Shown: piece by piece, positions 59,398 to 64,000 of the stretch | Layout of the letters: each line of letters starts with the position of its first letter | Numbering within the stretch: the stretch's first letter is position 1 | Notes under the pieces: generated by a model | The model's database searches: none | What the model was told of the DNA's origin: nothing | What the model saw: the letters and a program-made list of their open reading frames with translations, nothing else | Assembly (NCBI GenBank): GCA_038150265.1 | Contig: JAYOTF010000005.1 | Location: forward strand, 32,001-96,000 | Reading direction: 5' to 3' | Length of the DNA: 64,000 nucleotides | From: Deltaproteobacteria bacterium | GTDB taxonomy: Bacteria; SAR324; NAC60-12 | Program-made: the position numbers and the translations under genes

Positions 59398-59664
59398 TCA
59401 GGAAGAAGGCGGGTCTTCCGCATCCCGCAGCTCAAGGTAGCGACGCTGCAGGAGGAGTTTCTGTTGCTGGTAGTCCTTCTTTCCGAGGCGTCCGAGCTGG
59501 TAGTCGTCTTCCAACTCGCTGAGTGCTGCCAGGAGGGACTCGGCTTCGTTGAACTCGGTCTGCTCCTGGCGGAGCAGGTAGTTCTGCAGTCCAGAAAAGA
59601 ACAGGGGGTACGCGATGATCGCAATGGTCACCACACTCAGCACAAGGGCTGCGAGCAACGTCAT
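59398..59664 (-). CDS. Small membrane protein resembling the CcmI/CycH N-terminal segment
   Basis: N-terminal TM ending YPLF; LSELEDDYQLGRL..KDY pattern; ATGA overlap with mrnC. Confidence 0.6.
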   Translation of the reverse strand: MTLLAALVLSVVTIAIIAYPLFFSGLQNYLLRQEQTEFNEAESLLAALSELEDDYQLGRLGKKDYQQQKLLLQRRYLELRDAEDPPSS

Positions 59665-60086
59665 GACGCTTTGGAGAGAGAGGTCGGCGTGAGGAAAGGA
59701 GCCAGCACTTCCTGAGCTTCCGGAAGCGCCAGCAGTTCAGTCAGGCGAGTGCGGTGCGCCTCCAGGTGCCAGAATCCCACCAGGCACTCGAATCCGGTGG
59801 CGGCTCGGTATTCCTTGACCGTGGCATGCTTGGGAACGGAAGCCGGGCGCAGGTTCCGTCCGCGTCGAAACACGGCCAGCTCCGCTTCAGAGAGCTGGGG
59901 CAACAGGGTCTGAACCAGTTGAGACTGCGTCTGGCACCGAACCAGACCAATCACTCGGCGTGAAACCTCGGCGGGCGTCTGGAAGCGCGCGAGGACTTGC
60001 TCCCGGCACCAGGTTTCATAAAGCGCATCGCCGAGGTAGGAGAGGGCAAAAACGGAAGCCGAATCCGTGGTCAGAGCGCGCGCCAT
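59661..60086 (-). CDS. mrnC: Mini-ribonuclease III
   Basis: LSYLGDALYE, FRRGRN, EYRAATGFECLVG; no dsRBD. Confidence 0.85.
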   Translation of the reverse strand: MARALTTDSASVFALSYLGDALYETWCREQVLARFQTPAEVSRRVIGLVRCQTQSQLVQTLLPQLSEAELAVFRRGRNLRPASVPKHATVKEYRAATGFECLVGFWHLEAHRTRLTELLALPEAQEVLAPFLTPTSLSKAS

Positions 60087-60637
60087 TCCGGATCCGAGGC
60101 GCAGATGATGCGGCTTTGACGAACCCGGAACATGCCGTTCGGGACCACGCGCTCATGCACAATCTCTGTTTCAGCATCATCCTGACGCCGCACGCCGAAG
60201 CTGCCGTCTGTCCGGAGGATGATTTCTGCTCCCGGAAGGGCATAGAAGGTCTGGCTGCCTCGGTCAATCACGGCCGGACGTGGAATCTCAGGACGAGGCT
60301 CACGAGGAGGACGGGCCTCGCGAGGGGGGCGCTCACGCTCCGGATCCTCTGCAGGCTGGACCTGCTGGATCGGCAGCTCGTTCCAGTTGTCCGGAAGCTC
60401 GGAGCCCGCTCGAAGCAGGCAGACCGCCCGATCCGGACCTTCTCCCACGGAGTGGCTCTCCAGTCCATAGTCGGTGCCGAGCTTGTGGAGCAGGCGCCGC
60501 CGGTACGAGTTCATCGGCTCAAAGCGCAAAACGGTCTCTTCCGTCTCCAGAAAACGATTGATGCTCTGATCGGCTTGTTCAATCAGCGTCTGTTCCACTT
60601 CGCTGATTTCCGTGTCTTGAAAAAGGTGAGCCTTCAT
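60071..60637 (-). CDS. R3H-domain protein
   Basis: FEPMNSYRRRLLHKL..YGLESHSVGEGPDRAV R3H signature plus an unrecognised C-terminal domain. Confidence 0.85.
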   Translation of the reverse strand: MKAHLFQDTEISEVEQTLIEQADQSINRFLETEETVLRFEPMNSYRRRLLHKLGTDYGLESHSVGEGPDRAVCLLRAGSELPDNWNELPIQQVQPAEDPERERPPREARPPREPRPEIPRPAVIDRGSQTFYALPGAEIILRTDGSFGVRRQDDAETEIVHERVVPNGMFRVRQSRIICASDPEWRAL

Positions 60638-60649
60638 GAATTTGAATTC

Positions 60650-63094
60650 TTATGAGGGAATCGAGGTCCCGGAGGGGACGTCAAAGTTTTGTTGAGGAAT
60701 AAGGGAGGTGTCGGGCTCAGCCGCCGCTTCCTCCTTGGGATCCACCACGGGGCTGGGGAAATGCTCCAGCGCGTGGTGAAGGACTTCATCCAGGGTCTGG
60801 ACCGGAATGATCTCCAGCGCGTCCTTGATCTCGTTGGGGATTTCCTGAAGGTCCTTCCGGTTCTTTTCAGGAATGAGCACCTTCTGACTCAGGCCACGCT
60901 TGGCGGCCAGGAGCTTTTCCTTGAGGCCACCGATTGGGAGGACCTTGCCCCGGAGGGTGACTTCTCCGGTCATGGCCACTTCTCGGCAAACCGGAATGCC
61001 GGTGAAGGCGCTGACGAGCGAGGTGCTGATGGTGACGCCTGCAGAGGGGCCGTCCTTGGGAACCGCCCCTTCGGGAACGTGGACGTGGATGTCGCACTCC
61101 TTGAACGCAGACGAGTAAATGCCAAGACGGTTGCCGTTGGTCCGGACGTAAGTCAGGGCCGCCTGCGCAGACTCCTTCATCACGTCTCCGAGCTTTCCGG
61201 TCAACTGGAGCTTGCCCACGCCTTTCATGAGGCTGACCTCGGTGATGAGCATTTCGCCTCCGGCCTGCGTCCAGGCGAGTCCGGCGGTGGTGCCCACCTC
61301 GTTCTTCTCTTCTGCCCGATGGTGCTTGTACTTGGGCACCCCCAGCAGGTCGTTGACCCGCTTCGGTGTGACCACGTACTTCTTCTTTTCCTTGGACCGG
61401 ACGAGCTGGGTGGCCACCTTGCGGCAAGCCTTGGCGATCTCGCGCTCCAGGTTCCGGACGCCTGCTTCGCGCGTGTAGCGCTGAATGATTTCGGTGAGGG
61501 CGGCAGACTGAAACTGGATCTGCTTGCCGGTCAGGCCGTTTTCTTCCATCTGCTTGGGAAGCAGGTGCTGCTGGGCAATGTGTTCCTTTTCCAGCTCGGT
61601 GTAGCCCGAAAGCTGGATGACTTCCATCCGGTCCTTCAGGGCGCGGGGAATGTTTTGCGCGACGTTGGCGGTGCAGAAGAAGAGGACGTCTGACAGGTCG
61701 AACTCCACCTCCAGGTAGTGATCCATGAAGGTGCTGTTCTGTTCCGGATCCAGGACCTCCAGCAGGGCGGCCGCAGGATCGCCCATCACCCCGCGGGTCA
61801 TCTTGTCGATCTCGTCAAGCAGCAGCAGCGGGTTCCGGCTCTTGCTCTTGCGCAACGACTGCACGATTTTTCCCGGAAGGGCCCCGACGTAAGTCCGGCG
61901 GTGTCCGCGGATTTCGGCTTCGTCCCGGACGCCTCCGAGGCTGATGCGGGAGAACTTGCGGCCCAGGGCTTCAGCGACGGAGCGGGCCAGGGACGTCTTC
62001 CCGACCCCAGGCGGGCCGACGAGGCAGATGATGGGGCCCTTCATCTTGCCGACCTGCTTGGCGACAGCAAGGTACTCGATGATGCGCTCCTTGATCTTTT
62101 CCAGGCCGTAGTGCCGGTCGTTGAGCACCTGCTCGGCGTGGTTGAGGTCGAAGCAATCCTCGGTACGCTCCTCCCAGGGCATGGACACCAGCCAGTCCAG
62201 GTAGTTCCGGACCACGTTGGCTTCTGCCGACATGGGGGGCATCATCCGGAGCTTCTTCAGCTCCTTCTCTGCGGTCTCCTTGGCTTCCTTGCTGAGGGGG
62301 ACGTCTTCAATCTTCTGGGTGTACTCCTCAATCTCCGCCTTCCCGTCGTCTCCCTGTCCGAGTTCCTTCTGGATGGCCTTGATCTGTTCATTGAGGTAGT
62401 ACTCCTTCTGCGTTCGTCCAATCTGTCCCTGAACGCGTTCCTTGAGCTTGCGCTCCACCTTCTTGAACTCGCTTTCCTCCAGCATGCGTTCAAAGACGAT
62501 CTGGAGCCGCTCTGCCGGGTCGGCATTTTCCAGCAGGGCCTGCTTCTTGTCGAGGTTCATGTTCAGGAGCGGGGCAATGCGGTCGGCGAGCCGGTGCGGG
62601 GGCTCGGCATCAATCCCCAGCTTCTCCACGCCTTCGGTGTGCCGCTTGACCTCCTTGAGGTAGCGCTTGAACTCGCTCCGGACGTTCTTGCTCAGGGCAA
62701 TGATCGCTGGCGTTTGCACCGGCGCCTCGTGGATGGGCTCCACCGTGGCGGCGTAGTGCGGCCCATCGAGGCGGACATCCAGGAGCTTTCCACGCATCTG
62801 AGCCTCAAACAGGGCCTTGATGGTGCCGTTATGGAGCCGCATGATCTGCAGCACCTTGCCGATGGTTCCCACCTTGAACAGGTTTTCCGGCTGGGGGTCT
62901 TCCACCAGCGGATCTTCCTGGGCGACCACGAAGATCTGACGGTCTCCGTTGAGGGCTTTTTCCAGCGCGGCAATGGACAGGGGGCGCCCAATGAAGAACG
63001 GGGCCGTCATGTGCGGAAACACCACAATGTCCCGCATGGGCAGCATGGGCAAAAACAGCTGAGGGGGCAGTGAGGAGTTAGGATCAGAGGTCAT
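60650..63094 (-). CDS. lon: Lon protease
   Basis: [48 protein letters not shown]. Confidence 0.97.
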   Translation of the reverse strand: MTSDPNSSLPPQLFLPMLPMRDIVVFPHMTAPFFIGRPLSIAALEKALNGDRQIFVVAQEDPLVEDPQPENLFKVGTIGKVLQIMRLHNGTIKALFEAQMRGKLLDVRLDGPHYAATVEPIHEAPVQTPAIIALSKNVRSEFKRYLKEVKRHTEGVEKLGIDAEPPHRLADRIAPLLNMNLDKKQALLENADPAERLQIVFERMLEESEFKKVERKLKERVQGQIGRTQKEYYLNEQIKAIQKELGQGDDGKAEIEEYTQKIEDVPLSKEAKETAEKELKKLRMMPPMSAEANVVRNYLDWLVSMPWEERTEDCFDLNHAEQVLNDRHYGLEKIKERIIEYLAVAKQVGKMKGPIICLVGPPGVGKTSLARSVAEALGRKFSRISLGGVRDEAEIRGHRRTYVGALPGKIVQSLRKSKSRNPLLLLDEIDKMTRGVMGDPAAALLEVLDPEQNSTFMDHYLEVEFDLSDVLFFCTANVAQNIPRALKDRMEVIQLSGYTELEKEHIAQQHLLPKQMEENGLTGKQIQFQSAALTEIIQRYTREAGVRNLEREIAKACRKVATQLVRSKEKKKYVVTPKRVNDLLGVPKYKHHRAEEKNEVGTTAGLAWTQAGGEMLITEVSLMKGVGKLQLTGKLGDVMKESAQAALTYVRTNGNRLGIYSSAFKECDIHVHVPEGAVPKDGPSAGVTISTSLVSAFTGIPVCREVAMTGEVTLRGKVLPIGGLKEKLLAAKRGLSQKVLIPEKNRKDLQEIPNEIKDALEIIPVQTLDEVLHHALEHFPSPVVDPKEEAAAEPDTSLIPQQNFDVPSGTSIPS

Positions 63095-63214
63095 CCGAGT
63101 CTCCGTAAATCTTGGGGTCGCAAGGAGTGATGTGTTTGGAACGGATCGCTGGCAGAAATGTTATTCAAACGAAAAGAGTAACGTTCCGGTTAGGAAAGAG
63201 CAAGGCTCGGGCAA

Positions 63215-63529
63215 TCAAGGCACCTGCGGGGTGGCCAGAACCTCCACACAGGTTTGCCCTCCGGAGGAGCTGCGGCCAATTTCCTTGAAGCGGGGGAGGT
63301 ACCGCTCATTGCCGACGACACTCCGCAGGTGGAAGGCGGCCGTGTTTTCGGCCGCTCGCCGTGCTTCCTGAGGATCCAGCGCACAGGCGCGTCCCCGGAC
63401 GGTGGCATCAAGGCCTCCCTTGTCGGCAACTTCGTAGCGGGGGTCGAAGGTGCTGCGGAACAAATCACTGGAGTTGCTGCTGCAGGCTCCGAGCAAGCCG
63501 ACGCTGAGGAAGATCACAATCAATCGCAT
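63215..63529 (-). CDS. Small lipoprotein of unknown function
   Basis: Lipobox LLGAC after a hydrophobic signal; two further Cys. Confidence 0.65.
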   Translation of the reverse strand: MRLIVIFLSVGLLGACSSNSSDLFRSTFDPRYEVADKGGLDATVRGRACALDPQEARRAAENTAAFHLRSVVGNERYLPRFKEIGRSSSGGQTCVEVLATPQVP

Positions 63530-63645
63530 GGTTTTGCCATTCCGCCGAGGGTAAGTTAACGTAACACGTCTGGAGCATCCTGGCGGATGCCCCCTTCAGG
63601 ACTTCCACAAATGTTCAACAACCCTGCCACCACGAGAGACGTCGC

Positions 63646-64000
63646 ATGCAGATGAAGCACTCTTCTGAACTTTTCCTCCGCGCCCAGCAACGCATTCCCG
63701 GCGGAGTCAACAGCCCGGTCCGCGCCTTCCGAGCGGTCGGCGGGAAGCCTCTGTTCATTCAGCGGGCCTCGGGGTCCAAGCTGTTTGATGTGGACGGGAA
63801 CGAGTACATCGACTACATCGGTTCGTGGGGGCCCATGCTCCTGGGGCATTGCAACCCCGAGGTCACTCAGGCGGTGCAGGACGCGCTTCAGTTCGGAACC
63901 TCCTTTGGCGCGCCCACGCCCGGAGAGATCACCATTGCCGAGCAGATCTGTGACGCCGTTCCCAGCGTGGAAATGGTCCGGCTGGTGAACTCCGGAACCG
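63646..64000 (+). CDS. hemL: Glutamate-1-semialdehyde aminotransferase, 3'-truncated by window edge
   Basis: Manual translation [44 protein letters not shown]. Confidence 0.95.
   Translation, partial: MQMKHSSELFLRAQQRIPGGVNSPVRAFRAVGGKPLFIQRASGSKLFDVDGNEYIDYIGSWGPMLLGHCNPEVTQAVQDALQFGTSFGAPTPGEITIAEQICDAVPSVEMVRLVNSGT

Overview
A GC-rich, densely coding bacterial chromosome segment with about 62 CDS. I found no rRNA, tRNA, CRISPR array or mobile element. The gene mix suggests a marine SAR324/deltaproteobacteria-like organism (inference only). Left to right: partial malG-like permease; parE; obg; apaG; oxyR divergent from a flavin-disulfide reductase, with an OxyR box; acetoacetyl-CoA synthetase; TPP riboswitch-thiB-thiP; sirtuin plus PAS kinase; form II coxSLM; a ~12.5 kb quinoprotein cluster built around a lanthanide-type PQQ alcohol dehydrogenase (PedH/ExaF-like) with cytochrome c550, a PqqT-like ABC transporter, a SoxYZ-like carrier, a metallohydrolase, a beta-propeller, a CXXCW rhodanese and an uncharacterised, very acidic MORN-like secreted protein; GST; a beta-barrel with a sigma-28 promoter; a SoxW-like thioredoxin; a phosphorus-uptake island (phnDCEE-DUF47 converging on afuABC-pit); nifJ with a DHODH-like gene; uraH; flagellin with a sigma-28 promoter; lon-R3H-Mini-III; partial hemL. 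The most notable observations are (1) strong over-representation of the palindrome TCCGGA, resembling a highly iterated palindrome, (2) the lanthanide/PQQ cluster with a candidate new metal-binding protein, (3) an R3H/Mini-III gene pair, and (4) two small ORFs absent from the ORF track. All calls come from reading motifs by eye; no searches were run.
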